A stretch of 64,000 bases of DNA from Octopus vulgaris (taxonomy: Eukaryota), in NCBI GenBank assembly GCA_951406725.2, contig OX597832.1, forward strand, positions 26,226,001 through 26,290,000, written 5' to 3'. The position numbers and the translations under genes were made by a program. This document shows positions 25,940 to 40,915 of this stretch, piece after piece. The notes beneath the pieces were generated by a model. It did not search any database, was not told the DNA's origin, and saw only the letters and a program-made list of their open reading frames with translations. The stretch's first letter is position 1; the number at the start of each line of letters is the position of its first letter.

Positions 25940-26244
25940 CTTCTATCTATAAATGTTCTAATATCTACACAGCCTTGGTTTTTTATCTCATTACGCAAAA
26001 CATTCTTATATATTTATATATATATATATAAGAAAGACTTTCTTTCACCTGAGGACATAGCTTAGATTCTGCATTATTTTGAGGAATATATTGCATTTAG
26101 CATTAATGCAGGCACGTAAGTAATTTATTTATAATTAAATATAATAATATAGATTATTTACATGTTTTTAAGTTACGAAACAATTTGTATTAGAATTTTC
26201 TTATTGTTAAATAAAATGTCATCAAACTATCTCTCTGTCATTTA

Positions 26245-26328
<84 letters not shown>

Positions 26329-26890
26329 TGCAGGAGTGGCGGTGTGGTAAGAAGCTTGCTTCCCAACCACATGGTCCCGAGTTCAGTCCCACTGCATGGC
26401 ACGTCGGCCAAGTGTTTTCTACTATAGCCACGGGTCAACTAAAGTCTTGTGAATGGATTTGGTAGACGGAAACGGAAAGAAACTCATCGTATGTATATAT
26501 GTATGTGTTTGTGTCTGTGTTTGTCCCCCAACAATCACTTGACAACCGATGCTGGTGTGTTTACGTCTACGTAACTTACCAGTTCAGTAAAAGAGACCGA
26601 TAGAATAAGTACTAGGCTTACAAAGCATAAGTCTTGGGGTTGACTTCTTTGACTAAAACCCTGTAAGGCGGTGCTCCAGCATGATCGCAATCAAATGACT
26701 GGAACAAGTGAAAGAATAAAAGAATGTGTGGCCGTGTAGTAAGAAGTTTGCTTCCCAACCACATGATTCCGGGTTCAGTCCCACTGCGTGGCACCTTGGG
26801 CAAGTGTCTCCTACTATAGCCTCGGGCCAACCAAAGCCTTGGGAGTGGATTTGGTAGATATGGAAACTGAAAGAAGCCCATCATACATAT

Positions 26891-26933
<43 letters not shown>

Positions 26934-27258
26934 TTCGTGTGTCTGTGTTTGTCCCCCTACCATCGCTTGACAACCGATGTTGGTGTGTTTACGTCAGCGT
27001 AAGCTAGCGGTTCGGCAAGAGACCGATAAAATAAGTACCAGGCTTACAAAGAATAAGTCTTGGGGTCAATTTGTTCGACTAAAGGCGATGCTCCAGCATG
27101 GCCGCAGTCAAATGACTGAAACCAGTAAAAGAGTAAAGGAGTATATATGATATATAGTATATATAGTAAAGGAATATATATGAGTCGCCATGATAGATCG
27201 TTAGCCAATACACACATTTTTTTCTCTCCTTGTTTCTCTTCTTGCTTTTTCTGTGTTC

Positions 27259-27294
27259 CTTTCTGTAGAAGAGCGTAGGCTCGAAACGTAAAAG
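27259..27294 (+). ncRNA. Minimal hammerhead-like motif (core variant CTGTAGA); related decayed copies at 35805-35840, 52461-52496 and a truncated minus copy near 31850-31875
   Basis: CTTT-CTGTAGA-A-GAGC-gtag-GCTC-GAAAC-GTA-AAAG, inside a roughly 200-bp dispersed repeat. Confidence 0.45.
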
Positions 27295-27602
27295 ACTTTT
27301 TCTATTCCCGAGCGTTATACTAATACATCTGTTTGTTTTGTACACCACCAGTCTTCGTCTTTTGTTTGTTTTTTTTTCGCTAACTCTCCCTATGACACTA
27401 CGGCCTTCATTCAGTTTGCGTCGACCAAATCCACTCGCAAAGATTAAACGGTCCGTGGCCAGAATAGAAGATAGGAGCTCAAGGTATCCCGCAGTGAGAC
27501 CGAACTCAGAGCCATGTATTTGGGTAGCAAGCTTTTTACTACTTTCGTTCTTTTTTTTGGGGTTTGTTTTGTGTAGAGTTTATTTTCAGATTTGATTCTT
27601 AC

Positions 27603-27773
27603 CTCTTCAAACTCATAAGGAACGTTAGTTTCGCTGTAACTTTTTTTCGATAAACCTTTTCGTAGACGTTCTATACCAGAGGGAACTTTGATACTGGTTC
27701 CTGCTGCCAAACTGATGGTTAAGGCAATTCCGGCTTGAAATACCAACACCATTAAATGAAATGCACTCAGCAT
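27603..27773 (-). CDS. Coding exon 1 of a putative secreted calmodulin-like 4-EF-hand protein (signal peptide plus basic linker; MLSAFHLMVLVFQAGIALTISLAAG...VPYEFEE)
   Basis: Acceptor tttacag|G ATG (exon starts at 27774) and donor GAG|gtaag. 57 codons, phase 0 end. Hydrophobic N-terminus ending in small residues (SLA/AG). Splices in frame to the 28-nt exon. Confidence 0.75.
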
Positions 27774-28080
27774 CCTGTAAATATATTATGTTATATACAC
27801 ATTATATGATTATTATTATTATGTTATATAAATAAGACAGCTGCAGACATATTGACTTAGCTCCAGACACAGATACGTTGAACGTAATGGAGGATAGAAG
27901 TAAATACGGCTACAGAAACGATGATAATGATATGGAAGAGGAGGTGGAGGAGGCAGACGGGGAAGAACAGCAACAGGAGAAGGAGGAGGAGAAGCAGGAG
28001 GACAGAGGAGGAGGAGAAGGAGGAGGAGGAAGACGAGGTAGAGGAGGAGGAGCAGGATTTGATCAATATTATTATTAAAT

Positions 28081-28119
<39 letters not shown>

Positions 28120-28142
28120 AATAATAATAATAATACTAATAC

Positions 28143-28198
<56 letters not shown>

Positions 28199-28304
28199 CG
28201 AATTCGACCTTCGGCGGAATTTGAACACAGAACGTAAAGACGGGTGAAATGCGTGTACTCATATGCGTATATATACACATATATACATATAAATATATAT
28301 ATAC

Positions 28305-28361
<57 letters not shown>

Positions 28362-28366
28362 GAGAG

Positions 28367-28590
<224 letters not shown>

Positions 28591-28595
28591 GTAGG

Positions 28596-28682
<87 letters not shown>

Positions 28683-29056
28683 TATTTGTCTGTATATCCA
28701 AGTGAAGCACGTCGCAAATTGGCCAGACAGAATGACGCAAAACGGGCAGTTTAAGCAATGAATTATTATAATACGGAATGGAATACATCGACGACAGGAA
28801 GTTCATTGTTGTTAGATAATCTCCAATTCCAATCGTATCCAAAAAAATATCCCAAATTATCCAACGATGAATGGAAACTTAAGCGTGGCGTAAAAATACA
28901 ATGGAAGCAGACGATTGGATTATCTGGTGTTGTTAGTATTGTTCCATTACGAATTTATATTTTGATATATGATGTCTTAATAAAAAAAAACTTTTGATGA
29001 AACAATTGTAGCTAAACCAAATAGTTTATTCGTCTGATATTATTATATTGTGAGGG

Positions 29057-29780
29057 AGGCGGCGAGCTGGCAGAAACGTTAGCACGCCGGGCGAAATGTT
29101 TAGCGGTATTTCGTCTGCCGTAACGTTCTGAGTTTAAATTCTGCTGAGGTCAACTTTGCTTTTCATCCTTTCAGGGTCGATAAATTAAGTACCAGTTACG
29201 CACTGGGGTCGATGTAATCGACTTCATCCGTTTGTCTGTCCTTGTTTGTCTTCTCTGTGTTTAGCCCCTTGTGGGTAGCAAAGAAATTGGTATTTCGTCT
29301 GCTGTTCTGAATTCAAGTTCCGCCGAGGTCGACTTTGTCTCTCATCCTTTCGGGGTCGATTAAATTAAGCACCAGTTGCGCACTGGGGGTCGATGTAATC
29401 AACTTCATCCCTTTGTCTGTCCTTGTTTGTCCCCTGTATGTTTAGCCCCTTGTGGGCAATAAAGAAATAAGAAACGTTAGCACGCCGGGCGAAATGCTTA
29501 TCCTTTCATCATATCGGGGTCGATAAATTAAGTGCCAGTTGTGTACTGGGGTCGATCTAATCGACTGGCCTCCTGCCCCAAAATTTCGGGCCTTGTGCCT
29601 AGAGTAGAAAATATTATTTTTTGCGTGGTGAGCTGGCGGAATCGTTAGCACGTCAGGCGAAACGCTGAGCGAGATTTCGTCTGTCTTTACGTTCTCTGTT
29701 CAAATACCGTCGAGGTCGACTTTGCCTTTCATCCTTTCGGGTTGATGAATTAAGTACCAGTTGCGTACTGGGGTTGATCT
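29057..29780 (+). mobile_element. SINE family C cluster with tandem units; similar + clusters at 32341-32760, 39238-39745, 60910-61115 and 62286-62955
   Basis: Repeated heads GGCGGCGAGCTGGCAGAA and roughly 183-bp body units. Confidence 0.85.
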
Positions 29781-29974
29781 ACTCAACCACACACACACAC
29801 TCATGCACACACAGTTCTCAATACGGCTCAAATTCGTCGATTCTATAACCACTCCACCGCTTTCCCAACGATCCATTCACAGCTTGGCAAGAACACACGT
29901 TTATGATAACACAACCAGAAAAGAGAGACGGAGAGAGTGGAAGAATAGGGAAAGAGAGAGCTTATGTAGGCGTG

Positions 29975-30031
<57 letters not shown>

Positions 30032-31554
30032 GTGTGTGTGTGTGTGTGTGTTTAATTAATGGTAATCGTTGAACCACGAACGTAGAAATATCGAACGAGT
30101 GGATTTGGCGCATTTGGTTATTCTTGTATAGAGAGCAGAAACGAAGATGTTTGATTACTGATTGGTCTTTGTCTGTCTGTCTGCCCGCCAGTCGGTCGGT
30201 CTGTCTCTCAGTCAGTCTGTCTGTCTGTCTGTCAGTCTGTTTTCCTCTACGTCAATCTGTTTGTCTGACTGTCTGTCAGTCTCTCTGTTTCTTTATCTCC
30301 TGATTGGTCAGTGTGTGCCCCACCGTTCACTCGTCTGCACATCTACCTATATACGTATCCCTCAGTTACTCTTTACTCTTTACTCTTTTACTTGTTTCAG
30401 TCAGTTGACTGCGGCCATGCTGGAGCACCGCCTTTAGTCGAGCAACTCGACCCTGGGACTTATTCTATCGGTCTCTTTTGTCGAACCGCTAAGTGACGGT
30501 TAGTCTGTCTATTTATCTCAATTGTTCTCAACCGAGATCCATATGGCCCTTGAGGATCCACATCAGATTTTGTGGGGTCCACACAGCTAAATAGTAAATC
30601 AGGGATCCACAATAGTATTTTAAGGGCCCCCGAAAAAAATGTTGCTTTAGATGTACGTATTTGTATGTATTGCAAGAAACAGCTGGGTTTCTTTCTTTAA
30701 CATTTTACAGAGTTCAACCTACACAAGTTAATACGGGAAAACATTAATAAATACCATTCCATAAAACATTAAATGGCTACGGGGTCCACCAGAATAAATT
30801 AGTAATCAATGGGGGTCCATAGATTTTTTTTAATGGTTGTGAATCCCTGGTTTGTCTGTTTGTGTTTGTCTATGTATTTATGTCTATTGGAGTGAAATCC
30901 GAAATCCTAAGAAATAGGTTAAGATCTGTGTCAGCAACAATTTGCTGCTGCTGCTGCTGCTGCTGTTGTTTTCTTTTTCTTCTTCTTCTTCTTGTGCCAA
31001 GAGCAGAAAAGATTATTGTTAGGATGGCGAGCGGGCAAAATCCTCAGAGCGCTGGACATAAGACCTTACGCTGCTTGTTGGTCCCTGTGGAGCACTGAGG
31101 TCGACAAAATCGACCTAACCCCTTCCCTGGATTAGCCGGCCGTGTGTCAAAATTTAAAACCAACATTATTGTTGTTACTGTTGTTGTCGGTGGTGGTGGT
31201 CATGGGGTTCTTGTTATTTGTCTTTTCTCGGCCTCTATAAATCTCTACATAACTTTCATACGCAAAGATTTTAAACATACATTATATGTATGTACATATT
31301 TTTTCGACAGCTGTTTATTTATTCGTATTTTTAAAAAGAATCTCTTGTATCTCTAAGCCAGCTGTGAGATAAGCTGATAATCAATTTGATAAGCTAATTA
31401 TTAAACGTTTTAAATGAGGCGGAGGAGGGGAACCAAGATTTTATTTCCTCAATGAAAAAATATATCGGCAGAGTTAATAAAATAACAATGTCGTATCTCA
31501 TGGAATGGGGTTCTGTTTAGACAGACAGACAGAAAGACAGACAGACAGACAGAC

Positions 31555-31608
<54 letters not shown>

Positions 31609-31614
31609 TTAGAC

Positions 31615-31687
<73 letters not shown>

Positions 31688-31721
31688 CATACATACATAC
31701 ATACATACATACATACATACA

Positions 31722-31757
<36 letters not shown>

Positions 31758-32946
31758 GATCAAATTTACAGAAACCAAAGGTCGAGACGAAGACAAGTGA
31801 AAGAACAACAAGCAGGTGAATTAGTTTGTCGCTCGGGAAGAATGGAAAAGTCATTGATGTTTCGAGCCTACGCTCACAACTTTACCTCACAACTTTTTTA
31901 ATACAAATTTTTGCTGCATGGGAACAAAACTATAAAATTCTTCATATTTATTTCTATCATTGAAGCTAAGATAATTATATTTTCCTTTTAAAATGAAAAA
32001 AGTTACTTAGATCTAAACTTGATTGGTGGCGTCACTTACTCTTCTATAACGTTGCTACAAATTTTGATGTAAACTTTATGCTACGGGATCAAATCTCAAT
32101 TATTTTATGCCAAAGTGTAGCTGAGACTAGTCCTTTTCAAAAATGTTAACGGTTTTCATTTTGGTTAAGAACTGAATTAGCGACAAGCTATGGAAGATAC
32201 TGCGTTTGAGTAAATTGCAGCCAGAAGAATATTATTCAACTCCTGCCGTAGTTGAATGATATATAGAGAGGGATTTTTTGTTTCCATCTACCAAAATCCA
32301 CTCACTAGGTTGTGGTTGGTTCGAGACTATAGTATAAGAAGGAGGTGGCGAGCTGGCAGAATCGTTAGCACGCCGGGCGAAATACTCAGCGGTATTTCGT
32401 CTGCCGTTACGTTCTGAGTTCAAATTCCGCCGAGGTCGACTTTGCCTTTCATCCTTTCGGGGTCGATTAAATAAGTACCAGTTGCGCACTGGGGTCGATG
32501 TAATCGACTTCACCCATTTGTCTGTCCTTGTTTGTCCCCTCTGTGTTTGTGGGTAGTAAAGAAATAGAAATAGGTATTTTGTCTGCTATTACGTTCTGAG
32601 TTCAAATACAGCCGAGGTGGACTTTGCCTTTCATCCTTTCGGGGTCGATAAATTAAATACCAGTTACGCACTGGGGTCGATGTAATCGACTTAATCCGTT
32701 TGTCTGTCCTTGTTTGTCCCCTCTATGTTTAGCCCCTTGTGGGCAGTAAAGAAATAAGAAGACACATTTCCAAAGGTACCACGGAGTGGGACTGAACCCG
32801 GAATCATATGGTTAGGAAGCAAACATCTCACCACACAGCCACGCCTGCACTTATATACTTATATTTTTTTCAAACAATCTTTGCTGGTTTCCAGAGGGGA
32901 AAAAAATTTCATTCATCCGCTTAAGCTTAAGAAATATTGAACGGAA

Positions 32947-33035
<89 letters not shown>

Positions 33036-33300
33036 GTGTGTGTGCGTACGTGGTACTTTTTTCAGAAATTTCGAAATAATTGTAATCTCATTTCCATAAA
33101 AGTATTAGCCATCGTGTAACATGTGTCTATGCTTAAGTGTGTGCGTGTGTATATATATGTGTGTGTATGTGTGTGTGTGTGTGTGTGTATGTGAGTGTGT
33201 ATAAATGCGATAATCTGAGTATATATATATGTATACATCCAGACGCACATATGTATAGCTGTGTACATATAAAATCATATATATATATACATATGTTTGC

Positions 33301-33341
<41 letters not shown>

Positions 33342-33401
33342 TGTATGTATGCATATGTATACATATGTACGAGTATGTATAACTATATATGTATGTCTAT
33401 G

Positions 33402-33460
<59 letters not shown>

Positions 33461-33771
33461 GTGTTTGTGTATGTGTGTGTGAGTGTGTGTTTGAGAAACG
33501 CCAACATAATCTCCATTTGGAATTGGTAAAAGAATTAACTACATTGTAACAAACGTATGTATATTTAAAAGTATGTGCGTATCTATGCATATCTATATGT
33601 ATGTATGTATGTATGTGTGTATGTATGTAAGTATGTGTGTATGTATGTTTGTATGTGTATCCGTGTGTCTGTGGAAAGTTTTAACATACATTTTTTTCAC
33701 GGGGGAGGAAAAAATTCCATATTTTAATATGTACATGTATTTTTTTTAGCAATGTATATCTGAGTGTATGC

Positions 33772-33810
<39 letters not shown>

Positions 33811-34149
33811 TGTGTGTCTGTGTTTGTGAATGAGTGTGTGAGTGAGTGAGTGTGTGTGTGTGTGTGTGTGTACGTATGTATGTACATGTGTGTGTATGGA
33901 TATGTGTGTTTGTCAATATGCATATGTGTATACGATGAGTTTAGTCTATCTCGTGGGCATTTTCTGTGACGTCATACATCGTATCTTCTTAGGAGGCTGA
34001 TCTTGGAGGAATCGAGGAATTGTAAGGGGAGTGGGGAATATTCGTTTCCAATACATTGCTAAAACCAATCTGCCGTTACTCTCGCATATATCTGTATTAG
34101 ATTCATATGTATGTATGTATGTATATATGTATATATGTATGTATGTATG

Positions 34150-34182
<33 letters not shown>

Positions 34183-34317
34183 GTGTATGTGTGTATGTAT
34201 GTATGTATGTATGTATGTATGCATGTATCTATGTATGTATGTATGTATGTATGTATGTATGTGTGTATGTATGTACGTATGCATGCATGTATGTATGTAT
34301 GTATTTATGTATGTATG

Positions 34318-34349
<32 letters not shown>

Positions 34350-34509
34350 CATGTATGTATGTATGTATGTATGTATGTGTGTATGTATGTATGTATGTAT
34401 GTATGTATGTATGTATGTATGTATGTATGTATATATGTATGTATGTATGTATGCATGTATGTATGTATGTATGTATGTATGTGTGTATGTATGTATGTAT
34501 GTATGTATG

Positions 34510-34540
<31 letters not shown>

Positions 34541-34887
34541 TGTATGTATGTATGTTTTTAATTATTTGAATCTTCCTGTAAGGTAGGAATTGGTTTCTAT
34601 CAACGATGTAAAGCTCCATGGTTGGAATGTAGATGACAAAAACTAATTCACATGTCAAACTTTTGAGAAGTCTCGCATATTTGTACGGCTCCACTTACAG
34701 ACTTTATTTGTAATGTGCGAATTAGCTGTTTGGTTTATTTTCCTGAAAATATTAATTATTCCCGATTGTCACATGGGTATTTACTCACACAAAGCCAAGT
34801 GCACGAATTATTACTGGTATTAATATAAATAATGTATGCATACATGTATGTATGTATCTGTATATACACGTGTGTGTGTGTGTGTGT

Positions 34888-35230
34888 GAAGGTGCATGAC
34901 TCAGTGGTTAAAGCGTCAAGCTCACAATCATGAGGTAATGAGTTCGATTCCCAGACTGGGCTGTGTGTTGTGTTCTTGAGCAAGTCACTTTATTTCGTGT
35001 TGCGCCAGTTCCCTCAGCTGTAGAAATGAGTTGCGACGTCACTGGTGCCAAGCTGTATCGGCCCCTTTGCCTTTCCTTTGGATAACATCGGTGGCGTGGA
35101 GAAGGGTGGCTGGTATGCTTGGACGACTGCTGGTCTTCCACAAAAAACCTTGCCCAAACTTGTACCCAGGAGGAGAACTTTTAAGGTGCAATCCCATGGT
35201 CACTCATGACCGAAGGCGGTCTTTACTTTA
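34888..35230 (+). mobile_element. tRNA-derived SINE family D (V/CORE-like TGTGTTCTTGAGCAAGTCACTT block)
   Basis: A box TGACTCAGTGG and B box GAGTTCGATTCC followed by the central domain. A minus fragment lies at about 48360-48465. Confidence 0.75.
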
Positions 35231-36161
35231 TATGTATATCGTCAGTAGTTCACATATCCGAAAAAGAAGCGCACTCCACAGATTAGAGCAGTAATATAGA
35301 TTTAGAAAGTTGATTGTCAAGACCGGTCAGAGAGTGGCCATCGGTTTCGCACCTATAAAGCGCTTAGCCGTCGTGTCGCCTCTACGGCTAAGCGCTTTTT
35401 CGGGGCTAAACCAATGGTTACTCTCTGACCGCAACAACAATCAACTTACTAAAAGATAGTAAAATATATATATACTCCATAACACCACACCACCACCATA
35501 CACACCTCAATACCACACCACACAACATCACACCACCCTGCACACACTTAGCACTGACCACTTCCAAGCACCAACACCATCATCCACACACCTACACATG
35601 CACACACGCCCACATCAATGTCACCAGCCCCCTACAACACGCACATATACACGCACGCGGCGCACCTTCGTTTTGGGATCACCACTACTTTATTATATCC
35701 CCTTCTTCCTAGCTATCTTGTGTGACTCTGTCCGGCATTCACCATGATAGATCGCTAGCCACTAAACCTTTTCCCATTTTCTTTCCTTGTTTATTTCTAT
35801 GTTCCTTTCTGTGGAAGAGCGTAGGCTACAAACATTAAAAACTTTTTCACTTCCCGAGCGTTATACTAATACATTTATTGTTTACACACCCGTCTTCGTC
35901 TCTAGTTTTTTTTGCAAATTCTCACTACATATATATAATATTATATTATATTATATTATGTTATATTATATTATATCATATCATATCATATTATATTATA
36001 TTGTATTATATTATATTATATTATATCATATTATATTATACCTGTACAGGTAGAAGTCTTGCTAGCGATCTCATTATTACTGTTTTTAACAGTAGTAATA
36101 CTTAATACTTTACATATTTACTTTTTTATATTTATATATATATACATATATGTATATATAT

Positions 36162-36192
<31 letters not shown>

Positions 36193-36244
36193 CATATATA
36201 CACACACATATATATACATACCTATATATATATACACATACATT

Positions 36245-36333
<89 letters not shown>

Positions 36334-36419
36334 ATGTATATGTGTATGCATATAAATGGTGGAATATGTGAACCGAACTCAAATGTGTTTTATCCAGGCT
36401 CTTCTTTTCTTTTTGTCTC

Positions 36420-36507
<88 letters not shown>

Positions 36508-36575
36508 TCATTCTTACATTCCTAAATACATATAAATGTATGTTCTATAGACTTACGTGTGTGCGTGTGTGTGTT

Positions 36576-36635
<60 letters not shown>

Positions 36636-37140
36636 TATGGATAGGTGTATGTGTGATGGTAGACTGTATTAGCCTTACACGTTTCAATCACATATGAAAC
36701 ATCTCTGATAAGACCTAATGAATAGAACTGTATCCATTTTGCTATCTACAGAATCCGCTTTAAGAACTGCTCTTTGGAAAATGGCAGAGATACTTTAAGA
36801 AGGTCAGCAGGCTGTCATTAATGCCATTTATTAAGGAATCTGGTGTCTGTTGAGTATTCTAAAGGGATTTGAAATCGCGAAAACTTGCTCCTTGTCACGT
36901 AGGAGTCCCCTCGCTCGCCGTCTTCATCCAATAAAAGTATGTTATAATATTAGCCAGCAGCCGCTGTTTGTTTGAAGTTATTAAGATATGATATATCACT
37001 ATACACACACACACACACACATATGTTTTTTATCAAATATATTTTGTTTTGTTTAGGCTTGATTGTGTTTTCTTGTAAGCACATGTGAATCGTTAGCGAT
37101 TTTTTTCCCTCTGTCTTCCTTTTCTATTGGACTTCCCACT

Positions 37141-37175
37141 GTTTCTGAGGAAGAGCTTTGCTCGAAACGTTAAAC
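37141..37175 (+). ncRNA. Minimal type-I hammerhead-ribozyme motif in a Penelope-like repeat remnant
   Basis: GTTT-CTGAGGA-A-GAGC-ttt-GCTC-GAAAC-GTT-AAAC: stem I GTTT/AAAC, CUGANGA core, stem II, GAAA, palindromic ACGT stem III. Confidence 0.65.
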
Positions 37176-37469
37176 CATCTTTCTTTCCTTCTCTAAAAGA
37201 CTTCTAATACTTTACATGTACCACATCCTCACGTTGTGTTTTTGTGTTCTTTTGTGTTTGTTCTTCCTTTATTATTATTTTATATATATATATATAATAT
37301 AAATTAGAGATAAAACCACTATTATGCAACTCAAATAGTGATAGACATAAACCAAAACATAAATAAAAAATAATATATATTTTAATAAAAACATATAACT
37401 AGATCTCAAAATGTATAAAAACGAATGATCAATATATGATAGTTAAAAAAACTACGTACGTTTCATGGC

Positions 37470-37568
<99 letters not shown>

Positions 37569-37814
37569 AATCCAAAAACTTTCCTTTATCTTAATCATAT
37601 TCTTCGTTTGATTTAGTATCATATCGTCATATCGTCATCATAATACGGTATCAACCGTGTATGTATGTTTGTGTGCGTGTGTTTAAGGGTTGCATGCGTT
37701 TGTAAGTGTTGCATGCGTGGGTGTGTGTGTGTTTACATACAAAAATATTTACGAACGTGTATTTATGCGTATATGCATATATGTATTATGTCCGTTATGT
37801 GTGTGTGTAATTAT

Positions 37815-37881
<67 letters not shown>

Positions 37882-39139
37882 TTCACATAGATAGTTATAT
37901 GTGTGCATGTAAATATATATATATATATACATAGATTGATATTGATATCCCTACACCCACTCACATACACACATACACACACACATATGTATCGATATCA
38001 ATATTAGGTTTTCGTATCACAAATACAAGGATTTACATTTAATCTGGAAAGGTTTAATCGATTAAATCGATCTCAGATACCTGTATTCACTGCATTGCTA
38101 TATTACTTGATCGATCTTAGTAGAATGAAAGGCAAAGTCGAAGCAGGTGAGAATCGAAGTCAGAACATAAAGAAATGCTACTAAAATGGCTTCCGGGTAT
38201 TTTCTTCGACACTTTAAAATTTCAGCTAACCTTAGAATATCTCTAACAGGAGAATAATTAAGATAAACACCAGAAGGTATTATTAGTTCCTACGTACGTT
38301 TCACTATTTCAGTTGTTTGGAACTCATAATTGGATGTTTCGAGAACATTTGGATGCTTAACCGCAACGGATTATCAGGGGAACACTTCATTGCATTCTCT
38401 TACAGAGATTTAACATCTGCACTTGAAGCATTTAATGCTGGGTTCCAGATAACTACAGTGGGAAACGTGCTTTGGAACTAAATATTCATACGTGGGTTTA
38501 TCTTAATTTTCCACTTCATATGCCGTGTATATCATAACTAGTAACACTGCTCCGTATAGTATAAGGCTAACCACTATTATAGAAGCTGTCTAGATAGTGA
38601 TAATCTATGTGGAGCTGTTGCTCCCTCGCCGTTCTCAAAAAATAGCGTTCGTAAAAATTTTATCTCGTTCGGCTTAACAGCCCTTCTTGTTTGTGTTACT
38701 GTTATTCTCCTTGTCCTGTTTTTTACTGTTTATATTTTGTACTGTCGTTACTGTCCTGTTTTTTGTTACCATTTTTACCCCTACGCAAAAAAATCTCAAA
38801 TTTTATTTAATTTGATTTTCGCGGGAAGGATTGTTTCATTAAAGTCATGTATCGCCTTGACCTTCGAAACGTGGAGTAGATGAAAAAAAGGCGACTGAAG
38901 AAGGAGAATTTTCCTTGTGTTGTATGTCCTGTACTCTATTTTTTCGTTGTTTAAGAAAAATGTCCATTTCCTTGGTTTTGTGTTTATGTTTCCGTTTCTC
39001 ATTGTGTTCGACGTTTTTTTGGTGTCCTGTACCCATATGTGCATGTATATAGATGTAGAGGTAGGTATATACATGTAGAGGTAGGTACGTACATATATGT
39101 ATGTATATATGCATATGTTTTATTTATTTATTAATTTAT

Positions 39140-39183
<44 letters not shown>

Positions 39184-40059
39184 CAATGTTTTTTGTGTAT
39201 TTACATGTGAAATATAGTTATAATAAAAGATGTGGTAAGGCGGCAAGCTGGCAGAATCGTTAGCGCGCCGGGCGAAATGCTTAGCGGTGTTTTGCTCGTC
39301 GCTACGTTCTGCTACGTCCGGCAAATTCTGCCGAGGTCGACTTTACCTTTCATCCTTTCGGGGGTCGATAAATTAAGTACCAGTTGAGTACTTCGGTCGA
39401 TGCTATTGACTAGTCTCCTCACCGCAAATTTCAGGCCTTGTACCTATAATAGAAAGGATCATCATCACCGTCGTCGTCGTCGTCGTCATCATTATCATCC
39501 TCCTCCTCCTACGCCTCCTCCTCTTCCTCATAATCATCATCATCATTATCATCATCATCATCACCAAGTAAGGTGGGGAGCTTGCAGAGTCGTTAGTGCG
39601 CCGAACAAAATGCCGAGCGCCATTCCATGGAAGTTGACTTTGCCCTCCATCCTTTCGGGGTTTGAGCACTGTGTGTGTGGGAGGGGGTCGATGTAATTGA
39701 CTAGCCCCTCCCCTCAAAGAATTTCAAGCCTTCTGCCTACAAATGTAAGAATCATCATTATCACCTGCATCACCATTTTCCCATTTTTCATTATTCCCGA
39801 TTATTATGAAACATGTTCAAATATATTACATTTATTTCCATGCAATATGGCATAAATTTAGAAATTCTATCCCATGCAATCATTCTTTTAACTAATCCTA
39901 GCACAGAATTGCCTTCAGACATATTCCTCATGCTAAATTTATAAAACTAATTTTCACTTTAGACGCGATAATTGGTTTCGCCGAGATGATGGACATTTTA
40001 TTAACATTTGGAAGAAACAAAGCATGTTAATTTAGGCGAAATTTTGTTCTAATTTAGAT

Positions 40060-40915
40060 ACAAGGCCGGCAATTTCGAGAGGGAAGGAGTAAGTCAATGG
40101 ATATCGATCCTTGGTCCTTTATTTTATCGACCGCAAAAAGATGAAAACCGAAGCTGGTCTCGGTTGGGTTTGAACTCGGGACGTAATAAGACGTGATTTG
40201 AATATTCTTTTCTACTCTAGGCACTAGGCTCGAAATTTTGGGGGAAGAGGGCCAGTCGATTAGCTCAATCCCAGTACACAACTGGTACTTGTGTTATCGA
40301 CCCTGAAAGGATGAAAGGCAAAGTCGACCTTGGCGGAATTTGAACTCAGAATTTAAAGACAGACGAAATACATATTTCTTTACTACCCACAAGGGGCTAA
40401 ACACAGAGAGGAAAAACAAGGACGGACAAACGGATTAAGTCGATTATATCGACCCCCGTGCGTAACTGGTACTTATTTAATCGACCCCGAAAGGATGAAA
40501 GGCAAAGTCGACCTCGGCGGAATTTGAACTCAGAGCGTATCGACGGACGAAATACCTATTTTTTTACGACCCACAAGGGGCTAAACACAGAGGGGGCAAA
40601 CAAGGACAGACAAACGGATTAAGTCGATTATATCGACCCCAGTGCGTAACTGGTACTTAATTTATCGACCCCGAAAGGATGAAAGGCAAAGTCGACCTCG
40701 GCGGAATTCGAACTCAGAATGTAGCGGCAGACGAAGTTCCTATTTTTTTACTACCCACAAGGGGCTAAACACAGAGGGGGCAAACAAGGACAGACAAACG
40801 GATTAAGTCGATTACATCGACCCCAGTGCGTAACTGGTACTTAGTTTATCGACCCCGAAAGGATGAAAGGCAAAGTCGACCTCGGCGGAATTTGAACTCA
40901 GAACGTAACGGCAGC
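40060..40915 (-). mobile_element. SINE family C tandem array (about 4 units of 183-185 bp)
   Basis: Unit marker GACGAA(A/G)T at 40362, 40547 and 40730. Confidence 0.9.

Noticed and set aside
32034-32200. Candidate non-coding first exon (A|gtaagt at 32040) and promoter for the EF-hand gene
   Set aside because: An upstream exon is implied by the acceptor at 27774, but this site is supported only by a donor hexamer and cannot be placed without transcripts.
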